Origin: Gemmatimonadaceae bacterium
GTDB lineage: Bacteria; Gemmatimonadota; Gemmatimonadetes; Gemmatimonadales; Gemmatimonadaceae
Direction: 5' to 3'
NCBI GenBank assembly: GCA_033763905.1
Contig: JANRJP010000121.1
Location: 1 to 38,206, forward strand
Length of the DNA: 38,206 bases
Both the position numbers and the translations under genes were made by a program. Of the stretch, positions 12,409-20,869 are shown piece after piece; positions within the stretch are counted from its first letter, which is position 1, and the number at the start of each line of letters is the position of its first letter. Under the pieces are notes generated by a model that worked only from the letters and a program-made list of their open reading frames with translations, searched no databases and was not told where the DNA came from.

Positions 12409-13004
12409 CGGGTGCGCAATTGCACGTGCAGGGCAGCACCGCCGATCGGGGACGGCCGCAGCGACACCTGTGCCGGCAGGTCCCACAATTGCGCGGAAAT
12501 GAACGCGTCGAGGCCCGAGATGAGGTGCGTGAACAGCACGGCGGCGATCCAGTCCTCGCGAAACGTCGCGCGCGCCGATGCAATGCCACCCTGTCGCCAG
12601 CGGTTCACCACGCGCACGTCAGGAATCGGCTGGCCGAGCGAATCCAGAACCTCGCGGCCATTCAGCGTGCGAAAGGCCCCGGTGATCAGGGAGTCCGTGC
12701 CGTTCCGGCGCGCCTCACGCAGATCGTAGCTCGCCTTGCGCAGCATCGCGATCGACAGCAGCTCGGCGGTCGCGAAGAAAGCCGATGCCACGGGCCGATC
12801 CAAGGCCGCCTGTCCGAGGCCGGGCAGCAGCGCCGAGCGCAGGAACGCGGCCCCCGGGGCGAGCGGCGGCCGCTTCTCGGACGCGAGGCGGGTGGCCCCG
12901 GCGCGCGCCGAGTCGCGCTGCTGCGCCAGCGCGGCACGCGGACTGCTCGCGACGCCCCAGAGGAGCGCCGCGGCCACCGCCCACCGCGTCCACGCGTGCC
13001 GCAC
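12405..13004 (-). CDS. Exported/membrane hypothetical protein, DUF5683-like
   Basis: Signal peptide, AFLRSALLPGLGQ motif, hydrophobic helices and a DAFISAQL segment. Its stop overlaps the murI start (ATGA). Confidence 0.6.
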   Translation of the reverse strand: MRHAWTRWAVAAALLWGVASSPRAALAQQRDSARAGATRLASEKRPPLAPGAAFLRSALLPGLGQAALDRPVASAFFATAELLSIAMLRKASYDLREARRNGTDSLITGAFRTLNGREVLDSLGQPIPDVRVVNRWRQGGIASARATFREDWIAAVLFTHLISGLDAFISAQLWDLPAQVSLRPSPIGGAALHVQLRTR

Positions 13005-13006
13005 GA

Positions 13007-13393
13007 TCAGCCCGGCAGGACGGCGATGAGTTCGATCTCGACCAGCACGTTGCGCGGCAGGCCGGCCACCGCCACCGTCGAGCGTGCCGGCTTGGCGTCG
13101 CCGAACCAGCGGCTGTACACGGCGTTCATCGCGGCGAAGTCGTCCATCGTCCGAAGGAAAACCGTCGTCTTCGCCACGTCGGCGAATCCGACGCCGGCGC
13201 GCGCGAGCACCGCGTGCAGGTTCTGGAAGACGCGCTCGGTCTGCGCGGCGACGTCGCCGGGGACCACTTCCATCGTGACCGGATCGAGCGCGATCTGGCC
13301 GGCGGTGAACAGAAAGCCGTTGGCGCGGACCGCTTGGCTGTAGGGGCCAATGGCCTTCGGCGCGTCGTCGGTGTGAAGCGGCTGCAGAGACAT
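13007..13393 (-). CDS. ridA: RidA family reactive-intermediate/imine deaminase
   Basis: APKAIGPYSQA, AGQI, KTTVFL, MNAVY, PARSTV and LP….VEIE, with the catalytic Arg present. Confidence 0.95.
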   Translation of the reverse strand: MSLQPLHTDDAPKAIGPYSQAVRANGFLFTAGQIALDPVTMEVVPGDVAAQTERVFQNLHAVLARAGVGFADVAKTTVFLRTMDDFAAMNAVYSRWFGDAKPARSTVAVAGLPRNVLVEIELIAVLPG

Positions 13394-13424
13394 TCGTGGA
13401 GACTCGTGAGAGGGAGGCCGTGAC

Positions 13425-15086
13425 TCAGAACAACCCGTCGATGGTGCCGTCGGTGTGCAACCGCATCCGCTCGGCCGCTGGCGAGCGCGGCAGGCCGGGC
13501 ATCGTCATGATGTCGCCCGCGAGCGCGACAACGAAGCCAGCGCCGGCGGCGGGATAGGCGTCCTGAATGGTCAGACGGAATCCCGTGGGTGCGCCGAGCC
13601 GCGTCGGATCGTCGCTGAACGAGTACTGCGTCTTGGCGACACAGACGGGTACCCCGCCGAGCCCTGCCTGTTCGATCGCGTCGAGCGCCTTGGCCGCACG
13701 CGGCGTGACGTCGACGCCGTCGGCGCCATAGACACGCGTGGCGATTGCCTCGAGACTCGCGCGAACCGACTGCCCCGACGGATACAGCGGCTCGAATCGC
13801 GCGGTGCGTTGGGCGATCGTCGTCAGCACCAGACGGGCGAGCGCCTCGCCACCGGTGCCGCCGGCGGCGAACACATCACTCTCGGCAATCTGCACACCGG
13901 CGGCGTCCGCGTAGCGTACGACGGCCGCGCGTTCCTCGGCCGAGTCGGTACCGAACACGTTCAGCGCGACGATGACCGGCACGCCGAACTGCCGCACGTT
14001 GGCGATGTGCCGCCCGAGATTGGCGAGTCCACGCTCGACCGCCGCAACGTCGGGCCGAGAGAGCGTTTCCTTGGCTGCCCCGCCGTGCAACTTGAGCGCA
14101 CGCACCGAGGCCACGAGGACGGCCGCCGCAGGCGACAGACCGCCGGTGCGACACTTGATGTCGAAGAACTTCTCGGCGCCCAGATCGGAGCCGAACCCGC
14201 CTTCGGTTACGACGACATCCGCCAGCCCCAGCGCGGCTCGTGTGGCCATCAGCGAACTGCAGCCGTGCGCGATGTTGGCGAAGGGCCCCGCGTGCACGAA
14301 GGCCGGCCCGCCTTCGAGCGTCTGCACCAGGTTGGGCTTGATGGCGTCCTTGAGCAGCAGCGCCATCGCGCCCGCGGCGCCGAGGTCACCCGCGCGCACC
14401 GGATCGCCCGCAGGCGTGAAGCCCACCACCATCCGCGCGAGGCGCGCCTCGAGATCGGCGGCGTCCGTCGCGAGCGCCAGCACGGCCATCACTTCGCTCG
14501 CGGAGGTGATGACGAAGCGATCCTCCCGCACGACGCCGTTCGCGGTGCCGCCAAGCCCGATCGTCACGCGACGCAGGGCGCGATCGTTCATATCCACCGC
14601 GCGCGGCCAGCTGACGCGTCGCGGGTCGAGGCCTCGCGCCGTGCCGTGGTGGATCGCGTTGTCGACCATCGCGGCGAGCAAGGCGTGCGCCGCCGAGACG
14701 GCGTGAAAGTCGCCGGTGAAGTGGAGGTTGATGTCCTCCATCGGCAGCACCTGCGCGTAGCCACCGCCGGCCGCGCCGCCCTTCACGCCGAAGACCGGCC
14801 CCAGCGAGGGCTGGCGAATGCACGCGACGGCGTTGCTTCCCAATCGACGCAACGCCTGACTGAGCCCGACCGTGGTGGTGGTCTTCCCTTCCCCCGCGGC
14901 CGTGGGATTGATCGCGGTGACGAGTACGAGTTGCCCGCGCGCCGGCGCGGCGGCGAGTTCCGCCGGCACCTTGGCCTTGTAGCGGCCGTAGAGCTCGAGA
15001 TCATCCGCGCCGAGTCCGAGGTCGGCGGCCACGTCGCTGATGCGGCGCAGGGTCGCCTGCTGCGCGATCTGGATATCGGTGAGCAC
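13425..15086 (-). CDS. fhs: Formate--tetrahydrofolate ligase
   Basis: TAINPTAAGEGKTTT, PSLGPVFGVKGGAAGGGYAQV, INLHFTGDFHA, HAGPFANIAHG, GAEKFFDIKCR, MTMPGLP. GTG start at 15086. Confidence 0.98.
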   Translation of the reverse strand: MLTDIQIAQQATLRRISDVAADLGLGADDLELYGRYKAKVPAELAAAPARGQLVLVTAINPTAAGEGKTTTTVGLSQALRRLGSNAVACIRQPSLGPVFGVKGGAAGGGYAQVLPMEDINLHFTGDFHAVSAAHALLAAMVDNAIHHGTARGLDPRRVSWPRAVDMNDRALRRVTIGLGGTANGVVREDRFVITSASEVMAVLALATDAADLEARLARMVVGFTPAGDPVRAGDLGAAGAMALLLKDAIKPNLVQTLEGGPAFVHAGPFANIAHGCSSLMATRAALGLADVVVTEGGFGSDLGAEKFFDIKCRTGGLSPAAAVLVASVRALKLHGGAAKETLSRPDVAAVERGLANLGRHIANVRQFGVPVIVALNVFGTDSAEERAAVVRYADAAGVQIAESDVFAAGGTGGEALARLVLTTIAQRTARFEPLYPSGQSVRASLEAIATRVYGADGVDVTPRAAKALDAIEQAGLGGVPVCVAKTQYSFSDDPTRLGAPTGFRLTIQDAYPAAGAGFVVALAGDIMTMPGLPRSPAAERMRLHTDGTIDGLF

Positions 15087-15091
15087 GGCGG

Positions 15092-15883
15092 TCAGTCGGG
15101 GATCGCGAAGAGCCGACGGGCATTCGCCGCCGAGGCTGCCGCGAGCTGTTCGGGGGAGGTGCCTCTGGCGGCGGCGAGCTTCGCGATCGTGTGGACGACC
15201 CACGACGGTTCGTTCCGCTTGCCGCGCATCGGCACCGGGGCAAGATACGGCGCGTCGGTCTCGACGAGGAGCCGATCGTCGGGAATGGCGGCGAGCAGCG
15301 CGTCGTCGTCCCACTTCTTGAAGGTGACGACGCCGGCGAAGGACACGCACCATCCCGCCTCGATCGCGATGTCGGCAAGCGCGCGCGGCCCGGTGAAGCA
15401 ATGCAGCACGCCCCGAATGCCGGCGCGCCCCGCTTCGGCAACCATTGCCGCGGTGTCGTCCACCGCCTCGCGCGTGTGGACGACGACCGCGCGACCGGTC
15501 TCGGCGGCGATCGCCAGCTGGCTCGCGAAGGCGGCGCGCTGCTTCGGGCGCGGTGAGTGGTCGTAGTGGTAGTCGAGTCCGCACTCGCCTACCGCGACCG
15601 CGCCATCGGCCACCAGCGCGCGAAGTGCAGGCTCATCCCGCGTCGGGAGATACTCGGCCGCGTCGTGCGGATGCACGCCGGCGGTGAACCAGACGAAGCC
15701 CGGATGCCGCGCCGCGATCTCGCGCGCGATGGTCGCGCGGGCGATGGACTCCCCAATGCACACCAGGCCCGCAGCGCCAGCGCTGCGAGCCCGGTCGATC
15801 ACCGCCTCGCGATCCGCATCGAACTGCGGATCGGCGAGATGGACGTGCGAGTCGACGAAGCCGGTCAGCGGACGCGGTGTCAG
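15092..15883 (-). CDS. tatD: TatD family metal-dependent hydrolase/DNase (start uncertain, probably CTG)
   Basis: VDSHVHL, GVHPHD, VGECGLDY, VVHTRE, GVLHCF, ETDAPYLAP and RGKRNEP. No ATG/GTG/TTG lies between 16012 and the DxHxH motif. Confidence 0.9.
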   Translation of the reverse strand: MTPRPLTGFVDSHVHLADPQFDADREAVIDRARSAGAAGLVCIGESIARATIAREIAARHPGFVWFTAGVHPHDAAEYLPTRDEPALRALVADGAVAVGECGLDYHYDHSPRPKQRAAFASQLAIAAETGRAVVVHTREAVDDTAAMVAEAGRAGIRGVLHCFTGPRALADIAIEAGWCVSFAGVVTFKKWDDDALLAAIPDDRLLVETDAPYLAPVPMRGKRNEPSWVVHTIAKLAAARGTSPEQLAAASAANARRLFAIPD

Positions 15884-16899
15884 CGCGGCGCGTTCGCCGC
15901 AGACGGGCTCTTCGACATCCGCGGCCGCGGCTGCGTCGTCAGCGCCTCCGGGGGGAGGCTGGTGCGCTTCGGGCCGGCGGTCGTGGGGCGCGGGAACTTG
16001 GTCTCGATCCACAGCAGCAGCGGGCTCGCGACGTAGATCGACGAGAAGGTCGCGACGAACACGCCGAAGGTCATCACCCAGGCGAACGGACGGATCACTT
16101 CGCCGGCGAAGATCAGGAGCGCGATCGTGGCCGCCAAGGTCGTCGCGTGGGTCAGGATCGACCGCGGCAGCGTCTCATTGATCGAGCGGTTGAGCAGCGC
16201 CGTCAGGGAATCCTTGCGACCCTTGTTCAGGTTCTCGCGGGCACGATCGAAGATGATGATCGTGTCGTTCATCGAGTAACCGAGCAGCGTCAGGATTGCC
16301 GCGACCACCGTGAGCGACACTTCGATGTGCGCAAGCTTGATGAACGCGAAGGTCACCAGGACGTCGTGAGCCGTCGAGAGCACGGCCGCGACGCCGAAGC
16401 GCCACTCAAAGCGGATCGCCAGATACATCAGCGTGATCAGCGAGCTGAGCAGCATCGCGATCACCGCGCCCTGGCTCAGCTCAGACCCGACCTTGGGGCT
16501 GACCGCCTCGGTGCGCTTGACGGTGAAGTTGCCGGCGCCGAAGGCGTCTTCGACCGCCTTGTTGATGCGATTCGCAATGATGACGGCGCCAGAATCCTGC
16601 GAGGCGCGGCTCGCGGCGTCCTGGACGCGCACGACGTACTCGGTCTCGGAGCCAAATCGCTGCACTTCCGCGCCGGCGAAGCCGGCCTTCTCGAAGGCGG
16701 CGCGGAGCGCCGCATCACCCGGGGCCTGCTTGAACTCGAGCTGCGCCAGCGTGCCGCCGGTGAACTCGATGCTGTAGTTCACGCCCCCCTGCAACCCGAA
16801 CGAGGCGAGGCCCAGCACGATGAAGCCAGCGGTCAGGCCGGCAGCCCAGCGCCACCAGCGGATGAAATCGTACGTGGTGTTATGAAAAATGCGGCGCAT
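15880..16899 (-). CDS. secF: Protein translocase subunit SecF
   Basis: SIEFTGGT, VSPKVGSEL, HDV, GYSMNDTIIIFDRARE, TLPRSILT, FSSIYVASP. Confidence 0.98.
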   Translation of the reverse strand: MRRIFHNTTYDFIRWWRWAAGLTAGFIVLGLASFGLQGGVNYSIEFTGGTLAQLEFKQAPGDAALRAAFEKAGFAGAEVQRFGSETEYVVRVQDAASRASQDSGAVIIANRINKAVEDAFGAGNFTVKRTEAVSPKVGSELSQGAVIAMLLSSLITLMYLAIRFEWRFGVAAVLSTAHDVLVTFAFIKLAHIEVSLTVVAAILTLLGYSMNDTIIIFDRARENLNKGRKDSLTALLNRSINETLPRSILTHATTLAATIALLIFAGEVIRPFAWVMTFGVFVATFSSIYVASPLLLWIETKFPRPTTAGPKRTSLPPEALTTQPRPRMSKSPSAANAPR

Positions 16900-18596
16900 C
16901 AGATGCTCAGCGTCGAGGGGGTCGCGCCCTTCCGCGACATCCAGGCGAGATAGAAGGTCTTCGTGACGAAAATCGCCGAGAAGAGCGAAGCGGAGATACC
17001 GGCAATGAGCGTGACCGCGAAGCCGCGCACCGGGCCGGAACCGAACTGGTAGAGCACCGCCGCGGTGAGGATCGTCGCGACGCTGGTGTCGACGATGGCG
17101 CTCAAGGCGTGGTTGTAGCCTTCTTCAATGGCCAGGCGCACCGTCTTGCCGCGGTCGAGTTCTTCGCGAATGCGCTCGAAGATCAGCACGTTCGCGTCGA
17201 CCGCGATACCGACCGAGAGCACCAGACCGGCGATGCCCGGCAACGTCAGCACCGCGCCGAAGCCAGCGAGGACCGCCAACGAGTAGATGACGTAGAGCAC
17301 GAGCGCCGCCACCGCGAGCATTCCGCTGAAGCGGTAGTAGAACACCATAATCCCGATCACGAGCGCCATCGCGATGCCCATCGCGAGAATGCCCTTGTCG
17401 ATCGAGTCCTGGCCGAGCGACGCGCCAATGCTGCGCGTCTCGGTGACCTTGAGCGGCACCGGCAACGCGCCGGCGCGAAGCACCAGCGCCAGGTCCTGCG
17501 CCGACTGGAGGTCCCGCCCGCCGAGGGTGATCTGGCCACGCGTGCCGATCGCGCTCTGAATGACCGGCGGACGGCCCATCACGCGATCGTCGAGGACGAT
17601 CGCCATATAGTCCTTCACGTGCTTGCCGGTCTCGTTCTTGAAGCGCCGGCCGCCTTCGTTGTTGAGCTGGAATTCCACCACAGTGCCTTCGACCGGCACC
17701 TGGTTCGGCTTCGCGTCGGTGAGGTATTCACCGGTGAGAATGGGCTTCGAGTCGAGCATATAGAACGCCCGATACACCGCCTGCCCGGCGACCACCGAAT
17801 CCGTGCCCCACTTCACCGTCTTGCCCGGCGGCAACGCGCTGCGCACGGCCTCGAGTTCGAGGTAGCGCTGTACGGTGCCCGCGTCGGCGTCGGCGACGAG
17901 GTACTCGCCCGGCAGACCACCCGGCGACACCAGCTTCGAGAGCGGCCCACCGGTGCCCTGCCCGATGCCCGGAATCGTCCCGGTCGAATCGGCCTTCGTC
18001 GTATCGGCGCCCTTGGTCGTGTCGGTGCCCGCCTTCTTGCTCGTATCACCCGCGAACAGACCCGCCACCGCGGCCGCCGGGGCCGCGCTCACACCGGGAC
18101 CGGCCGCCGGCGCGGCGTCCGCGACGGTCGCGCCCTGCTCCTTGATGACCTGGTCCAGACGCGGCAACACGCGCTCGAACGCCTGCGTCTCGTCGGTGAT
18201 CTGGAACTGCAGGAACGCCGAGCGCTGCACCACATCCGTGGCGCGCTGCGGATCGTCGATGCCCGGCAGCTCGACGATGATGCGGTCGTCACCGACCTTC
18301 TGCACCACCGGTTCGCTCACGCCGAACTCGTCGATACGGGTGCGCACGACCTTGAGCGCGCGATCGAGCGCCTCGCTCTTGTTCGCGACGGCCTGCTTCG
18401 ACTCGTCGACCTCGAGGGCGAGGTGCATCCCGCCCTGGAGGTCGAGGCCACGCTTGAGCGGCACGCGACGGACGGTGTCGTACACGAACTGGCCATCGCG
18501 CTTGACGCGCTCGACGACCGTACGAGGGAACAACGCCCATCCCGAGGCCAGCAACAGGCCGACGATGAGCAGGATGCGATTACGGAGGTTGGTCAT
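16899..18596 (-). CDS. secD: Protein translocase subunit SecD
   Basis: [63 protein letters not shown]. Confidence 0.98.
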   Translation of the reverse strand: MTNLRNRILLIVGLLLASGWALFPRTVVERVKRDGQFVYDTVRRVPLKRGLDLQGGMHLALEVDESKQAVANKSEALDRALKVVRTRIDEFGVSEPVVQKVGDDRIIVELPGIDDPQRATDVVQRSAFLQFQITDETQAFERVLPRLDQVIKEQGATVADAAPAAGPGVSAAPAAAVAGLFAGDTSKKAGTDTTKGADTTKADSTGTIPGIGQGTGGPLSKLVSPGGLPGEYLVADADAGTVQRYLELEAVRSALPPGKTVKWGTDSVVAGQAVYRAFYMLDSKPILTGEYLTDAKPNQVPVEGTVVEFQLNNEGGRRFKNETGKHVKDYMAIVLDDRVMGRPPVIQSAIGTRGQITLGGRDLQSAQDLALVLRAGALPVPLKVTETRSIGASLGQDSIDKGILAMGIAMALVIGIMVFYYRFSGMLAVAALVLYVIYSLAVLAGFGAVLTLPGIAGLVLSVGIAVDANVLIFERIREELDRGKTVRLAIEEGYNHALSAIVDTSVATILTAAVLYQFGSGPVRGFAVTLIAGISASLFSAIFVTKTFYLAWMSRKGATPSTLSI

Positions 18597-18635
18597 CCGG
18601 ACCGGCTGATAAAGGCTAAATGCAGGAAGCCCACA

Positions 18636-18665
18636 AGTTTAACCGATCGCCAACGGGCGGGACAA
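18636..18665 (-). promoter_or_regulatory. Possible internal sigma70 promoter for secDF, overlapping the ribF 3' end
   Basis: TTGTCC-N18-TAAACT, followed by an AT-enriched gap before secD. Confidence 0.45.
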
Positions 18666-19586
18666 CAGCCCCCGGGCCACGGTTTCGTCTTGAGCGAGTT
18701 GGGCGCGCAGGGCGTCGACGCCCGAGAAACGCTGCGTGGCCCGGATCCAGCCGACGAAGTCCACCCGGACCCAGCGGTCGTACAGGTCGGCCTCGCCGTC
18801 GAACAAGTGCGCCTCGATCGTCGGCGTCTCCTCACCGAAGGTCGGCCGGGGCCCCAGGTTGAGCATACCGCCGAAGCTCCCCGCCGGCGTTTCGACCCGC
18901 ACCGCGTACACGCCTTCCGGCGGCAGCAACTTGCGGGGGGAGGGCGACTGCACGTTGAGGGTGCGGAATCCGATCCCTCGGCCCCGTCCCGCCCCGTGCA
19001 CCACCCGACCGCTCACGCTGTACCGACGCCCCAGCGCGAGCGCCGCGCGCGTCAGGTCGCCGCCTGCCACGCTCCGACGGATCACGGTCGAGGAAATCGG
19101 GTGGCCGTCCGGCATGTGCACCGCCGGTACGACGTCCACCGGAATCCCTCGCGCCGCGCCGATCCGGCGCAGGGCGTCCACATCGCCCGACCGGCCACGA
19201 CCGAAGCCGTGATCGTAGCCCATCAGCAGTTCGGCCATCCGGAAGCGCTCCACGAGCACGCGATCAACGAACTCCGCGGCATCGAGCGCCGCCAACGGCC
19301 GCGTGAACGGCATCACCGCGACGTAGTCGATCCCCGACTCGGCCAGCACCTCGAGCTTCTCGGCGCCGACCGTGAGCAGCGGCGGCGCCGCCACCGGATT
19401 GACGATCTCCAGCGGGTGCGGCTCAAAGGTGAGCAAGACGCTCGCGCGACCGGTGGCACGCCCCCGCTCCGCAAGGCGCGCGAGCACGTCCTGATGCCCG
19501 CGATGGACGCCGTCGAAGGTGCCGACCGTTACCACGGTCGACGTCACGTGCGGGGGCAGCGCCAAGGCGTCGCGATCAGACTTCAC
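18639..19586 (-). CDS. ribF: Bifunctional riboflavin kinase/FAD synthetase
   Basis: GTFDGVHRGH, TFEPHP, ISST.IR, GRGRGIGF.TLN, GVYAV, G.RPTF and EAHLFD. Confidence 0.98.
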   Translation of the reverse strand: MKSDRDALALPPHVTSTVVTVGTFDGVHRGHQDVLARLAERGRATGRASVLLTFEPHPLEIVNPVAAPPLLTVGAEKLEVLAESGIDYVAVMPFTRPLAALDAAEFVDRVLVERFRMAELLMGYDHGFGRGRSGDVDALRRIGAARGIPVDVVPAVHMPDGHPISSTVIRRSVAGGDLTRAALALGRRYSVSGRVVHGAGRGRGIGFRTLNVQSPSPRKLLPPEGVYAVRVETPAGSFGGMLNLGPRPTFGEETPTIEAHLFDGEADLYDRWVRVDFVGWIRATQRFSGVDALRAQLAQDETVARGLLSRPLAIG

Positions 19587-20487
19587 GCATCACCACCCGT
19601 GGCTGCCATCGGTCCCCGCGGCGCACCGCGTAGGCCACCAAGGCCCCCGTCCGCGCATCGGTCAGCGCGGCTTCGCTGCCCTCGGCGTGGGCTTCGACAT
19701 CGATGCCGCGGACGATCTTGCCGACCCGCTCGGCGTCGAGCGCTTCCTGTGGCAGGCCCTGCAGGGCTTCCAGGGCCGGCTGGGGCCGCAGCGTCTCGCG
19801 CTGCAAGTCCTGCATCGGTGTCGCGTGCTCGACCCGGAACGCCCCCGCCGCCACCCGCCGCAACGCCGAGAGGTGTGCCGCGCTGCCGGTCAGTCGGCCG
19901 AGATCTCGCGCCAGCGAGCGGATGTACGTGCCACCGCCGCACGTGATGCGCACGTCAGCCTCGCCGTCGGCGTCTCTCCACGCCAAGAGGTCCCAGCGGT
20001 GCACGGTGATGTCCACCGGATCGAGCGTCACCACTTCGCCCGCACGGGCGCGCGCGTAGGCCCGCACGCCATCGACGCGCTTCGCGCTGTACGCGGGTGG
20101 GACCTGTGCGATCCGACCCGTCAGCGACGGGATCACCGCCTCGACCGCCGCTCGGCTCGGGGGCGACGCCTCGCGGATCACGGTGCCGCCCAAGTCTTCG
20201 GTGTCGGTCTCGGCGCCGAAGCGAATGGTGGCCTCGTAGACTTTGGGCTCGTGCTGGAGATGTGGCAGCAGTCGCGTCGCGCGTCCGTAGAGGACCACCA
20301 GCAGGCCGGTGGCGAATGGATCCAGGGTCCCCGCGTGGCCCACGCGTGACGTGCCCAAGACGCGACGCGCCCTGCCGACCACGTCGTGGGACGTTACGCC
20401 GGCCGGCTTGTCGACCAGGAGCAGCCCATCGGGCGGCTCGACGGCGGCGTCAGTCCGCTTGCCCACCGTTGCCCTCGGGCGGGGCAT
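19576..20487 (-). CDS. truB: tRNA pseudouridine(55) synthase
   Basis: DKPAGVTSHDVV, GHAGTLDPFATG, QVPPAYSA and GTYIRSLARDLG. The start may instead be GTG 20466. Confidence 0.97.
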   Translation of the reverse strand: MPRPRATVGKRTDAAVEPPDGLLLVDKPAGVTSHDVVGRARRVLGTSRVGHAGTLDPFATGLLVVLYGRATRLLPHLQHEPKVYEATIRFGAETDTEDLGGTVIREASPPSRAAVEAVIPSLTGRIAQVPPAYSAKRVDGVRAYARARAGEVVTLDPVDITVHRWDLLAWRDADGEADVRITCGGGTYIRSLARDLGRLTGSAAHLSALRRVAAGAFRVEHATPMQDLQRETLRPQPALEALQGLPQEALDAERVGKIVRGIDVEAHAEGSEAALTDARTGALVAYAVRRGDRWQPRVVMREV

Positions 20488-20866
20488 CGCCGGCGGGTGG
20501 TGCCGCCGCGTCGTCGTCCTTGCGGATCGTCGCCAGCAACGACTCGATACGCGCCGCGCGCGCGACCGACTCGTCGATCTTGAAATTCAGCGTCGGCGCC
20601 CCGGAGAGGCGCAGCGACTTGCCAAGGCGGCTCCGGAGGTGGCCCGCCAACGACGCGAGTCCCTCGAGCGTGGCTTTCTTCTCGGCGTCGGTGCCCATAA
20701 TTGACACGAACACCGACGCGTGCTTGAGGTCTCGCGTGGCTTCGACGCCGGTGACCGTCACGAAGCCCGTGATGCGCGGGTCCTTCGCCTCTTCGCGAAG
20801 GAACACCGCGACTTCCTCCCGGATGGCTTCCGCCACCCGGTCCGCCCGACGGAAATCGGCCGCCAT
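20450..20866 (-). CDS. rbfA: 30S ribosome-binding factor A
   Basis: RADRVAE.IREE, KDPRI, VTVT.VE.TRDLKHA.VFVS and P.L.F..DES. Located directly after infB. Confidence 0.96.
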   Translation of the reverse strand: MAADFRRADRVAEAIREEVAVFLREEAKDPRITGFVTVTGVEATRDLKHASVFVSIMGTDAEKKATLEGLASLAGHLRSRLGKSLRLSGAPTLNFKIDESVARAARIESLLATIRKDDDAAAPPAGDAPPEGNGGQAD

Positions 20867-20869
20867 CGC

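Noticed and set aside
17109..19946. Very long plus-strand ORFs (945 aa here; also 8093..10540, 13455..15566, 20720..23086, 26291..28021, 32360..34345)
   Set aside because: These are antisense shadow frames of well-identified minus-strand genes. High GC and codon bias remove stops, and the translations are Arg/Gly/His-rich with no domains.
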